Source: Candidatus Moraniibacteriota bacterium
GTDB lineage: Bacteria; Patescibacteriota; Minisyncoccia; Moranbacterales; DUUL01
Assembly (NCBI GenBank): GCA_041583775.1
Contig: JBFHFF010000008.1
Span: forward strand, 1-60,969
Direction: 5' to 3'
DNA length: 60,969 nucleotides
Shown piece after piece: positions 27,455 through 35,944 of this stretch. Position 1 is the first letter of the stretch, and each line of letters begins with the position of its first letter. The notes under the pieces are model-generated. The model did not search any database. It saw only the letters and a program-made list of their open reading frames with translations, and was not told the DNA's origin. A program made the translations under genes and the position numbers.

Positions 27455-28699
27455 TTATTTTTTTCGATAGATGCCGAAAAACAACACCACCAAAACCACC
27501 ACACTTCCAAAGATGAAGTTGTGAATGATTTGCAAAAGACTCTCATGACGGAAAAACGACAACAAAACAATCACAATTGGACCTGCCAATGAAGCGGCAA
27601 AAATGATTGTTCTTCGCAAGGCCAGAAAATAGAAAAACAAAAGATTGATTACTGAGACCAAGAGCAAAAGAAAACTCAATTCTCCTAAGAGCGATGAGGA
27701 TTCAATATAGCGTACACCAATCAATGTTGTGATAACCAATTTTGAAAACAAAGAGAAAACCAAAAATCCCCCACAAGAAATTAGTAAAGTCATTGCCAAA
27801 CCCTTTTTCAAAATCTTCCGGTTTTCCTCCCCCGTGTTTTTGATTCTAACAGCTGAAACAAGTACCGCCGAAACAGAACCAGAAGCAAAAATAATAATTC
27901 TCGCAATCGTGGCGATTCCACTATATAGCCCCGCCTCTTCTGGAGAAAACCAATGCTTGACCATCAAAACATCTGCAGTGTAGAGGAAAGTGACAGCTGA
28001 AGTTGCCAACAATATCAATAGAGCATATTTATATTCTTTTTTGATTAGATCCTTGACTCTATTTTTCACAAAAATACTTAAATTCAACCTCTTTTTGGTC
28101 TTATAATAAACATAGGCCATTGCCAAACCTTGCGCCACCACTAAACCGCTGATGGCACCCAAAGACCTGAAACCAAAATAAACAAAGATGACCGCAAAGA
28201 GAAGTTTGCCAGCCGCTTGAATGATACTCACCCATGATGTCGCCTTGAAATCACTAATACCTTGCAAGAAAGCCTTGCGAAAAATAATCGAAACACCCGT
28301 TAGTAATAAAATCCCCAAACTGATAAAAGGATATGGCGAAGAAAACTGAAAAAAATCCTCCAGCATCGTACTCATCAGCACAATCACCACAAACATAGTG
28401 CCGTTGATATATAGAAATATTTTTTTGAGAGTCGAAATCACCAAATCTCTTTCCTCTCTGTCCTCATAGTTCGCCACCACATTGATTGCAATCATACTAA
28501 AAACACCACCAAAGACACCAAGTTGCATCGACAAAGAAATGAGCGACTGTACCTCCCCGAAATCCTCCACACTCAACATTCTCCCCAAAATTGGATGGTA
28601 AAGATAGTTCAAAACAGCCACAATCATTGAGCCTGCAAAGAAAACTATATTATTTTTGATAAATTCATCTTTCGATAAACTCTTAATTTTTGCAATCAT
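27455..28699 (-). CDS. Wzx-like polysaccharide/oligosaccharide flippase (MOP superfamily)
   Basis: 414 aa with ~12 TM helices. First gene of the long minus-strand glycan operon. Confidence 0.7.
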   Translation of the reverse strand: MIAKIKSLSKDEFIKNNIVFFAGSMIVAVLNYLYHPILGRMLSVEDFGEVQSLISLSMQLGVFGGVFSMIAINVVANYEDREERDLVISTLKKIFLYINGTMFVVIVLMSTMLEDFFQFSSPYPFISLGILLLTGVSIIFRKAFLQGISDFKATSWVSIIQAAGKLLFAVIFVYFGFRSLGAISGLVVAQGLAMAYVYYKTKKRLNLSIFVKNRVKDLIKKEYKYALLILLATSAVTFLYTADVLMVKHWFSPEEAGLYSGIATIARIIIFASGSVSAVLVSAVRIKNTGEENRKILKKGLAMTLLISCGGFLVFSLFSKLVITTLIGVRYIESSSLLGELSFLLLLVSVINLLFFYFLALRRTIIFAASLAGPIVIVLLSFFRHESLLQIIHNFIFGSVVVLVVLFFGIYRKK

Positions 28700-28865
28700 A
28701 AAAAAATAAACGGTATCATTTTATTGATAACCCGCCCTTTATTTTTGTTATTATCAAAACGCAAACTCAGTATAAACAAAATATTATATTTCTGCAAATA
28801 GACCCTTTTCTTTTCAACTAAGCATTGGATCTCATTTTCAGTTCCTCTAAAAATAAATCGCCCCC

Positions 28866-28893
28866 TTGACAATATCCCCCACTATGCTATATT
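28866..28893 (+). promoter_or_regulatory. Promoter with the same TTGACAATAT...TATGCTAT architecture as the three sRNA-unit promoters
   Basis: TTGACA (28866-28871), a 16-nt spacer ending in TGC, then TATATT (28888-28893). Confidence 0.45.
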
Positions 28894-28899
28894 AAATGT

Positions 28900-29014
28900 A
28901 ATATTAAAAATATTAGTACTTTTACACGCTTAACAAAGCCTCCTACCCCTGACTATTTTCGCCGCATAATTCTCTCCCAAGAATAAAAAACCGAATTTAG
29001 TCAGGGTTTTTTTT
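28900..29014 (+). ncRNA. Candidate ~115-nt small RNA with C/U-rich (anti-SD-like) motifs
   Basis: Bounded by the promoter above and a long-range hairpin CCCTGACTA (28947-28955) / TAGTCAGGG (28998-29006) followed by T8. Contains CCUCCU and an inner 5-bp hairpin presenting CUCCCA. No ORF inside. Confidence 0.35.
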
Positions 29015-29074
29015 GTTTATTTTTGCTATTTCACTGCTTATTATTCTCTTTTTTAGTTCAAGAAAAGGCCAGGG

Positions 29075-29272
29075 TGGATTTATACATTCATATTTTCCCA
29101 TTGAGCTTCAAAAAACGCTACTCTCTCCCATCTTTCTATCAAACTATGTGGGGGGACAAAAAATATAATAATATATAAAAAAATCAAGTTGAAGTCAAAC
29201 TGGTTTAGTTTGTGCTAAAAATTGCTATGGGAAGTCTAATGGATCCCCGCATCCGCGAGGATGACAGATTAG
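29075..29272 (+). pseudogene. Possible heavily decayed GIY-YIG (UPF0213-type) nuclease remnant
   Basis: One frame reads WIYTFIFSH*ASKNATLS...IKLKSNWFSLC*KLLWEV*WIPASARMTD*. The start and the palindromic WIPASARMTD tail resemble GIY-YIG family ends. Confidence 0.3.
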
Positions 29273-29273
29273 A
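29235..29273 (+). repeat. Palindromic REP-like element, copy 1
   Basis: TCTAATGGATCCCCGCATCCGCGAGGATGACAGATTAGA. It aligns with the reverse complement of 46829-46867. Confidence 0.7.
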
Positions 29274-29426
29274 ACATTCACATATTCAAAACTAAACTTG
29301 TTTAAAAATTGATTCGAAATTCAAATTTGTTTCATTCAAACTCTTGGCTTTTTCATTCCAAGGGTATATCCTTAAACTAGGTTTGTTATTCTCATTTGGT
29401 CTAAGTTACAAAAAAAGGAGTTGGCG

Positions 29427-29570
29427 ATGGAACGAGAAACATTTCAAGCAATACAAAGGGTTTTAGATGCAGACCCCGAACTTGCAAAAAAGGTGTTTGC
29501 GATCGAGAATATATCTGATCACACACCACAACCCGAAGAAGAAACTTCGACTCAAAAAGAGTCAAAATAA
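29427..29570 (+). CDS. Small acidic protein, 47 aa (below the ORF-track cutoff)
   Basis: AAAGGAG lies 7 nt upstream of the ATG. Sequence is MERETFQAIQRVLDADPELAKKVFAIENISDHTPQPEEETSTQKESK, with TAA at 29568-29570 and an intrinsic terminator right after. Confidence 0.5.
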   Translation: MERETFQAIQRVLDADPELAKKVFAIENISDHTPQPEEETSTQKESK

Positions 29571-29578
29571 CCAATTCT

Positions 29579-29616
29579 GCTGGCTATCACATCCGATGGC
29601 CAGCAATCTTTTTTTA
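29579..29616 (+). terminator. Intrinsic terminator of the small ORF
   Basis: GCTGGC-N14-GCCAGC followed by AATCTTTTTTT. Confidence 0.65.
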
Positions 29617-29654
29617 TTTCAAGCCATTTCAAAAACACTTTGTCTTATTTTTCA

Positions 29655-29711
29655 ATAAATAAAAAAGCACGGGAGATTTTCAAAAGTTTCTTTGAAAATC
29701 GCACCGTGCTG
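29655..29711 (-). terminator. Long-hairpin terminator of cassette gene A (conserved with 33815-33865)
   Basis: rc: AGCACGGTGCGATTTTCAAA-GAAACT-TTTGAAAATCTCCCGTGCT followed by TTTTTT. Confidence 0.7.
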
Positions 29712-29725
29712 TCAAATCCGAAACT

Positions 29726-30154
29726 TCACTCAAGCTCTTCTTCGCTTAGAATCTTGTCCATATTCCTTGCTCGCAAGATGATTATAGAAGCTTGTCTTGA
29801 AGCTTCTTTTTCGGCCAATTTGTAGCACTTGAGATATTTTGATTCCCTCTCAAGGTCAATCACTTGGGAAAAAACCTCTGCTTGAGCCATATAGCTAGCA
29901 ACAACTATAGCTACAATAGAATCAGCGTCAAGTCCCGTCTCTTTCATCCTAAGGATATCTCCTTCAGAAAACCCAAAGACTAAATCCGGGCAAACGAGAT
30001 TCTCCCCAGCAACAGACTGGGCACGCTTGGAATCAGGAGAGTTTTTTGCTTCTATTGAAGCTTGCCCTTGTGAATAACAAGGAACGGCAAAAAACAACAA
30101 GAAACCAAAAAACACTAACCAGAAACATTTTTTCCCTGCCCTGTCTTTCTTCAT
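29726..30154 (-). CDS. Small N-terminally anchored/secreted protein, cassette paralog A
   Basis: The track ORF runs to 30262, but GAGGAGG lies 6 nt upstream of ATG 30154, giving MKKDRAGKKCFWLVFFGFLLFFAVPCYSQGQ... (142 aa). A TTGACC-17-GATTAT promoter lies inside the longer ORF. Confidence 0.65.
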   Translation of the reverse strand: MKKDRAGKKCFWLVFFGFLLFFAVPCYSQGQASIEAKNSPDSKRAQSVAGENLVCPDLVFGFSEGDILRMKETGLDADSIVAIVVASYMAQAEVFSQVIDLERESKYLKCYKLAEKEASRQASIIILRARNMDKILSEEELE

Positions 30155-30361
30155 CACTTTCCTCCTCAAAAAAGTACTTGGGTTCACACAATGTGAACTT
30201 ATATTTAATCGCAAAAAATTATTACGATTTGAAATAATCTCATATTTATGAAATTTGGTCAATGCCTTTGTATACTGCGGTTTGATATCATTAAAAAACT
30301 TGCCTCATCGCTCACAAACAAAGGGGCTTGACAATATTTTTGAGTATGCTATTGTATAAGT

Positions 30362-30427
30362 AATCTCAAAAGAGATCACAATAATAAAAGCTGATAAATC
30401 ATTGATTTATCAGCTTTTCTCTTTTTT
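30362..30427 (+). ncRNA. Candidate ~60-nt sRNA, copy A
   Basis: TTGACA (30328-30333), 16 nt, TGC-TATTGT (30350-30355). The transcript is AAUCUCAAAAGAGAUCACAAUAAUAAAAGCUGAUAAAUCAUUGAUUUAUCAGCUUUUCUCUUUUUU. No ORF. Confidence 0.45.
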
Positions 30428-30470
30428 ATTTTATCAAACTCTTTTAAAAACAAAACAATTCTTTTATAAC

Positions 30471-30502
30471 AAAAACCTCGGTACTTTCATACTGAGGTTT
30501 TT
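30471..30502. terminator. Bidirectional terminator downstream of the transporter gene
   Basis: AAAAACCTCGGTA-CTTTCA-TACTGAGGTTTTT. Confidence 0.65.
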
Positions 30503-30531
30503 GATTTATCCACAAAGAAATTTATTCCAGT

Positions 30532-31902
30532 TTATTTATGTGCTGGCGCTTTTTCCATTGTATGCTCCACTGCTTGCTTTGGTGCACTTTTTTGTTCTTC
30601 AGTTGGTGCTCCCAAGAAACCATGGAACAATATAATTGCAATCGTTCCCACGATACAAGTCACAATCATCGAAGAAGTTCCCGATTTAAACCAACTCTTG
30701 AAAGTGATAGGATTATCTGTTTGTTCTGATTTTGAAACCACAATCACATTCGCAGTTGATCCAATTGGTGAACCGTTTCCACCAAATCCAACTCCGAACA
30801 CAAGAGCCCACCACAAAAGATTTACCTCCAATCCCTGTGCTTGCAAATGCGCAATCATTGGAATCATCGCTATCGTAAATGGAATATTATCAACCAAAGC
30901 AGACATCACTGCACTTGCCCACAACACAATAACTGCAGTCATAACGATATTTTCTGTCCCCCCACTTACTAGAAATTTAGCTAGATACTCCAAAACTCCT
31001 GCATGCTCCAAGCCTCCCACAATCACAAAAAGTGCTGCAAAGAAACCTAGTACTGAAAGTTCCAATTTTGCAAAAATTTTCTGAGGATCTTTCTTTGGCG
31101 AAACAAACAAAAGCGTCAATGCTGCTCCGATAAGAGCCACGGTAGAAGGTGCAATATGCAAACTACTGTGCAAGAAAAACAATGCAACTACAAAACAAAG
31201 AATTGAAACTATAATCTTCAGTGTTTTCAGATCAGTAATGGCCTCTCTCTCATCCATCTTCATCAACTCTTCAATGTTTTGAGGTTTTTGCTTAAGCTCT
31301 TTGTTGAAAACAACTTTCAAAACAAGTAGCGTAGCAAGCCAAGCAAAGATAACTACTGGCATTGAATGCGTCAAAAATGTATTGAATCCAATATTAGCAG
31401 CTGACCCAATCATAATATTTGGTGGATCTCCAACAAGTGTTGCCACACCTCCTGTATCAGAAAGCAAAGCCTCTGCCATCAAAATTGGCATTGGATTGAT
31501 TTTCAAAATCTTTGTCACGATGATTGTAACAGGCACAATCAGGATGATTGTTGTTACATTGTCTAAGATCAAAGAAAGAAGTGTTGTCAAAGTTCCTAGT
31601 GCTATTACTAGCAACCAAGGGTTTCCTTTGGTTTTTTTAGCAGTATAGATTCCCAGATATTGGAAAGCTCCTGTTTCCTCTAAAACAGCAATGATTACCA
31701 TCATTCCCATCAACAACCCAATAGTGTTGAAGTCTATCGCACCCAAAGCTTGTTCTGGTGTATAGAAATCACCAAGCATTCCTGCAACAAGCATCACCAT
31801 TGCACCTGCAATTCCAATCACAGTACGATGGACTTTTTCGGAAATTATCAATCCGAAGGTTATCACGAAGATAGCCAAACTAATATAAAATGGATAATCC
31901 AT
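30532..31902 (-). CDS. ArsB/NhaD-superfamily ion transporter
   Basis: 456 aa with ~12 TM helices. The N-terminus MDYPFYISLAIFVITFGLIISEKVHRTVIGIAGAMVMLVAG is typical of this permease family. Confidence 0.7.
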   Translation of the reverse strand: MDYPFYISLAIFVITFGLIISEKVHRTVIGIAGAMVMLVAGMLGDFYTPEQALGAIDFNTIGLLMGMMVIIAVLEETGAFQYLGIYTAKKTKGNPWLLVIALGTLTTLLSLILDNVTTIILIVPVTIIVTKILKINPMPILMAEALLSDTGGVATLVGDPPNIMIGSAANIGFNTFLTHSMPVVIFAWLATLLVLKVVFNKELKQKPQNIEELMKMDEREAITDLKTLKIIVSILCFVVALFFLHSSLHIAPSTVALIGAALTLLFVSPKKDPQKIFAKLELSVLGFFAALFVIVGGLEHAGVLEYLAKFLVSGGTENIVMTAVIVLWASAVMSALVDNIPFTIAMIPMIAHLQAQGLEVNLLWWALVFGVGFGGNGSPIGSTANVIVVSKSEQTDNPITFKSWFKSGTSSMIVTCIVGTIAIILFHGFLGAPTEEQKSAPKQAVEHTMEKAPAHK

Positions 31903-31983
31903 AATATTTAATTAATTATTTATAAATTAAAAACTAAAAAAACAGACATCCGTTTTAAAGGAGAACTGTTTTTTAGCAAACAA

Positions 31984-32487
31984 CTACTCGCAAAAACAAC
32001 CTTCGATTCCCAAAAACACACCAATAACCTGTTTAAGTTCTGTTCTTGTCAACATTCCAATTGGTTTTGATTCTTCATCCAAAACAGGAATTCTGATTTG
32101 ATTTCCTGAAGCCACAATTATGGCTGCTTTTATCAAACTTTCATTCTCTTTGATAGTTTGAACATCTTCGTCCATAATTTTGCTTATTGGTTCATTTGCA
32201 ATCTTCGCAACCTCTTCTCTGAAAATCTCTTCATTTGCAAAATGTGCAGCCGTAGCATCATCTCCTAAATAACTTGGAATCGTTCTGTGAATCAAAGTTC
32301 TAGCATTTACTACGCCAGCAAATTTTCCCTCATCGTTAACTATTACTAGAGAATTTGTTCTTTCGCAAATCATTTTTGTCAAAGCCTCTTTGAATGTGGC
32401 TTTGTCGCTAACTGTTTGCACATCTCTCATAACATCCTTAACGACCATGTTTTTACCATTTAACACCATACATTTTTTTCTTTGCAA
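31984..32487 (-). CDS. CBS-domain pair protein
   Basis: Two CBS repeats (VKDVMRDVQTVSD...; ISKIMDEDVQTIKE...IPVLDEESKPIGMLTRTEL). The track start is a TTG; the true start may be ATG 32469 or 32448. Confidence 0.8.
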   Translation of the reverse strand: MQRKKCMVLNGKNMVVKDVMRDVQTVSDKATFKEALTKMICERTNSLVIVNDEGKFAGVVNARTLIHRTIPSYLGDDATAAHFANEEIFREEVAKIANEPISKIMDEDVQTIKENESLIKAAIIVASGNQIRIPVLDEESKPIGMLTRTELKQVIGVFLGIEGCFCE

Positions 32488-32864
32488 TTCTAATAAAAAA
32501 ATTCACAAAGGTTGATTATAATTTATTATCTTTTAATTAAACCTCTCTCTTAACAATGAACTTCATCACGAATTTGGCAGCCATTAACCAAAGCCGTCTT
32601 TTACAATTTTCATTTCAATTGAAAAGTTTTGGCTCATTCAAAGATTGAGATATTTTAAAAACTCATTTCATTATAATTACACAAATAAAAAAAATTTTCA
32701 AGAGGCAAAAAATAAACATTTATCCCCCATACCTAAAGCAGATTTAAAGACAAATTGATTACACTAATCACCCCTTTTTTCTTTGACAAAATAAAAATAA
32801 TGTGCCACGATGTAACATTATGAGAGTGTTTCTCATAATAAAATCAACAAAAAAGGAGGATGTG

Positions 32865-33461
32865 ATGAGTGAAAAAAGAGTGGTTATTAAACCTTCTAGG
32901 AGAAAAATAATGGTGGATGCAATTTCAACATTCATCATTACGATCGGAGTATACCTGGTGATTTATTTTTTCATATTGCCAGCGTTTCAAGTGAGCCTGA
33001 GAGAGTTCTTGGGCACAAACAGCAATTTTTTCGTAAAAGTTTTTGACATAACACAGTTTGTGTCAAGAAACTTTGTGGCAACGGGGATTTTTCTTGGGGG
33101 ATTTTTCGCCTTCATCAGAGTCCAGCTGGGGATAAGAACCAGCTATATAGTGGAAGAGGAAAGGCTTATAATCCGCACTCCCTTCAAAGACGAGGAGATT
33201 CTTTTTTCGGAACTAGAAAACGCCTTTCTCTCTCACTCCAGAGCTGGGAGTATCCTACGATACTCCACCATAAGGCTGATGCCTAAAGGGCTTTATAAAA
33301 AAGAATTCTTTTTGGTTGGGGTAGAACAATATTTTTCCCTTCTATTAAAAATCGGGGGCAGAATGAAAAGGGCAGAAATTAGAAAAAAACTAGAGGGGGA
33401 AAAAATTCCAACTCCTTCAACTCCCTGCGAAAAAATAATCGGGAACTTGGCAAAAAAATAA
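32865..33461 (+). CDS. Membrane protein with a bacterial PH (YdbS/YdbT-like) domain
   Basis: AAGGAGG at 32853-32859 precedes ATG 32865 (MSEKRVVIKPSRRK...). Two TM helices are followed by ...EEERLIIRTPFKDEEILFSELENAFL. Confidence 0.5.
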   Translation: MSEKRVVIKPSRRKIMVDAISTFIITIGVYLVIYFFILPAFQVSLREFLGTNSNFFVKVFDITQFVSRNFVATGIFLGGFFAFIRVQLGIRTSYIVEEERLIIRTPFKDEEILFSELENAFLSHSRAGSILRYSTIRLMPKGLYKKEFFLVGVEQYFSLLLKIGGRMKRAEIRKKLEGEKIPTPSTPCEKIIGNLAKK

Positions 33462-33506
33462 CCTACCGAAACGGAAAATCTGCTTCGGTAGGTTTTCTGT
33501 TTTTTA
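33461..33506 (+). terminator. Intrinsic terminator
   Basis: ACCTACCGAA-N13-TTCGGTAGGT followed by TTTCTGTTTTTT. Confidence 0.7.
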
Positions 33507-33657
33507 GATCATAAATTAAAAAACCGTATCATCAATAGTTGTTCACTGCCACCTTTATGTTGTGAAAACTCCCCTTGTAAAAAACTCGTCTTGTCATTCA
33601 TAAGCACTCACAAACAACAAGGCTTGACAATATTTTTGAGTATGCTATTGTATAAGT

Positions 33658-33722
33658 AATCTCAAAAGAGACCACAATAATAAAACCCCGTAAATCATCT
33701 GATTTATCGGGTTTTTTCTTTG
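33658..33722 (+). ncRNA. Candidate ~60-nt sRNA, copy B
   Basis: TTGACA at 33624-33629 and TGC-TATTGT at 33646-33651. The transcript is AAUCUCAAAAGAGACCACAAUAAUAAAACCCCGUAAAUCAUCUGAUUUAUCGGGUUUUUUCUUU. Identical to copy C. Confidence 0.45.
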
Positions 33723-33814
33723 TGCTAAAATTTCCAAAAAGCATTTTTTTAAAAAACCATCTATACACAAAAATTTTCTATTTTTCTATAATGCATCACT
33801 TCTTTTTTGATAAA

Positions 33815-33865
33815 TAAAAAAAGCACGGGGATTTTCAGAAATTTCTCTGAAAATCTCACCGTGCT
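33815..33865 (-). terminator. Long-hairpin terminator of cassette gene B
   Basis: rc: AGCACGGTGAGATTTTCAGA-GAAAT-TTCTGAAAATCCCCGTGCT followed by a T-run. Confidence 0.7.
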
Positions 33866-33873
33866 GTTGGAAA

Positions 33874-34263
33874 TTATTTTATCCCCCCTTCTTTGATCTT
33901 TGCGGCGAATTCGTTCGCCATTTCTAAAATCTTCATGGCTGAGTCCAGAAAAAGAAGCATACTTTCTGCGTCCTCAGCTTCTTTCGCAATTTCCATATTC
34001 CTATGGAAATCTCGAATGTACCCCTTCCAGATAATTTTCTGGATCCTTTCTTCGGTATATCCGAGGTCCTCCAATCGAAGGACTTGGAAATCGACTAACT
34101 TCTGTTGCGGACACTCCGGTTGAAGTGTGACCACTACGGTCCTTCCAAAATCCTGCCCCGTCTCTGAACTTCCGCCTTTCTGGAACACAAAATAGTAAAG
34201 TCCCATTAGAAAAAAGACGCTCATAAAAAAACATAGAAAAAAACTCCGACTTTCCTTACGCAT
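33874..34263 (-). CDS. Small N-terminally anchored protein, cassette paralog B
   Basis: 129 aa, MRKESRSFFLCFFMSVFFLMGLYYFVF.... RBS GGGAGAGG lies 5 nt upstream of the ATG. Upstream promoter is TTGATA-17-TATGAT. Confidence 0.65.
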   Translation of the reverse strand: MRKESRSFFLCFFMSVFFLMGLYYFVFQKGGSSETGQDFGRTVVVTLQPECPQQKLVDFQVLRLEDLGYTEERIQKIIWKGYIRDFHRNMEIAKEAEDAESMLLFLDSAMKILEMANEFAAKIKEGGIK

Positions 34264-34447
34264 AATTCCTCTCCCGTGAGGTAATTTTTCAAACCTACAC
34301 CATGCAGGCTCATATTTTATCGCAAAAAATATTACGATTTTAAATCATATCATATGTTTATGCTTTTATCAACGCCACAAAAATACTTTGTAGTTCAATA
34401 TCCTCCAAAATACTTGACAATATTTTTGAGTATGCTATTGTATAAGT

Positions 34448-34512
34448 AATCTCAAAAGAGACCACAATAATAAAACCCCGTAAATCATCTGATTTATCGG
34501 GTTTTTTCTTTG
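34448..34512 (+). ncRNA. Candidate ~60-nt sRNA, copy C
   Basis: TTGACA at 34414-34419 and TGC-TATTGT at 34436-34441. Same sequence as copy B through the terminator and TTTGTGCTAAAATTT. Confidence 0.45.
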
Positions 34513-34836
34513 TGCTAAAATTTTATTCGCTAAGTCCAGAGATTTATCGGAACTTTTCTATCTAAAAAATAAAAGGATGCCTCCCTTGTTCCATAAAACC
34601 CGCTTCCAATGAGCGGGTTTTATGGTTTTGTGCTGCTTCCATTCAATCAGGAACCAATCACATCTCTTTTTTTGTTTGTGTTTTCTTTAAACACTTACTG
34701 AAATATTATACACCAAAAAATTGCTTTTGTTAATAGATCTTCTCTATGCTAATTTTAAATTAGCATCTGATAAAGAAGTGAAAGAGGACAACCATAGTAT
34801 ATGATTGCCCTCTTTTTTGACCTTTTTCTAAAGGTC

Positions 34837-35817
34837 TTATATTTTTTCGATTGACACTTCTCCCGTTTCTGTGTCATAGACAAGAATTCCGCCGCCGATC
34901 CCAAATGCACCATCTGGCGCTGGGATTGTTATTGGGTTGAAAATTTTAGCCAGTCTTAATATTGGTTTTCTTGAAACATAATATTTTCGAATCTTCTCAA
35001 AAAGCATGAAATCTCCATGGAACAAATAGCCACCCAGCATAGCAAAAGGGATGGTCACCAGGAAAATCGGCATAAGCCAAAGACTGCAAAACATTTTGAT
35101 TAGATTCTGATCAACAACAAATTGCCATCTTGCATGATTGTGACCACAAAAGATTTTTTCGATCTTTCCAGTTCTCAAAAAAGATCTGATCGGCATCTCT
35201 AGGCGATGATTCCGCAGGGAATCAAAATCGTGAGCAATAATAATCACCTGTTCCTGAGAATTCTCAATCACCTTGCGAAATTGCTCAGCAAATTCATTCT
35301 CAAGATTTTTCAACCAATCTTTTTTATCCTTTTCGACAAATAAATACGGAACAAGAATAAACCTCTTGCCCCCAAATAAAAAGGAGTGGAAGAGTTTGTC
35401 TCGCTCGGCAACTTTCAAAAAATTCTGAACAGATTTTTCTGATATTCCACCAAGTGGATCAGAGGTCAAAGGCAAATGTCCATATCCCAATTCATGATTT
35501 CCAGCGGTCATCTCGACTCTTGCCTGAGAACCACTTTTCAATGTGGCAATTGATTCTTGTAACGCTGAAACATCCTCTTCTGAAGTCAATCCTCGCTCAT
35601 TAAAAGTGTTCTCTTGCATGTCACCGCACAGAATCACTCTATTTATCTTGTTTCTCATAAGAAAAAAAGATATACGTATCACATCGCTTCTCTTCTTGCC
35701 AAAGAATTTAGCAAGAAACACAAGAAACAGTTCGAAAAAACTCCGCCTTTGGCTTTCGAATTTCTTCTTTGAAAAAGGCATTCCGTGTAGATCACCAGAA
35801 ATCGCTATTTTTGCCAT
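34837..35817 (-). CDS. Calcineurin-like metallophosphoesterase with C-terminal membrane segments
   Basis: Motifs ISGDLHG, CGDMQEN, GNHE and CGHNH. GGGGGAG lies 4 nt upstream of ATG 35817. The track start 35835 is a TTG. Confidence 0.85.
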   Translation of the reverse strand: MAKIAISGDLHGMPFSKKKFESQRRSFFELFLVFLAKFFGKKRSDVIRISFFLMRNKINRVILCGDMQENTFNERGLTSEEDVSALQESIATLKSGSQARVEMTAGNHELGYGHLPLTSDPLGGISEKSVQNFLKVAERDKLFHSFLFGGKRFILVPYLFVEKDKKDWLKNLENEFAEQFRKVIENSQEQVIIIAHDFDSLRNHRLEMPIRSFLRTGKIEKIFCGHNHARWQFVVDQNLIKMFCSLWLMPIFLVTIPFAMLGGYLFHGDFMLFEKIRKYYVSRKPILRLAKIFNPITIPAPDGAFGIGGGILVYDTETGEVSIEKI

Positions 35818-35944
35818 TGTGCTCCCCCTTTGCAACCCTCGTTGCGGTTAAAAATATCCAACAAAAAAACAGCTCATATCTATCAAGGTACTTTGAAAGA
35901 TTATGGGCTGTTTTTTAAATTTTGTCAAGACTTCAAATCTCTTT

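Noticed and set aside
34746-34766. 21-nt palindrome ATGCTAATTTTAAATTAGCAT downstream of the metallophosphoesterase gene, considered as an operator.
   Set aside because: No promoter or gene start is adjacent on either strand. A/T-rich palindromes of this size are expected by chance in this composition. I could not assign a function.
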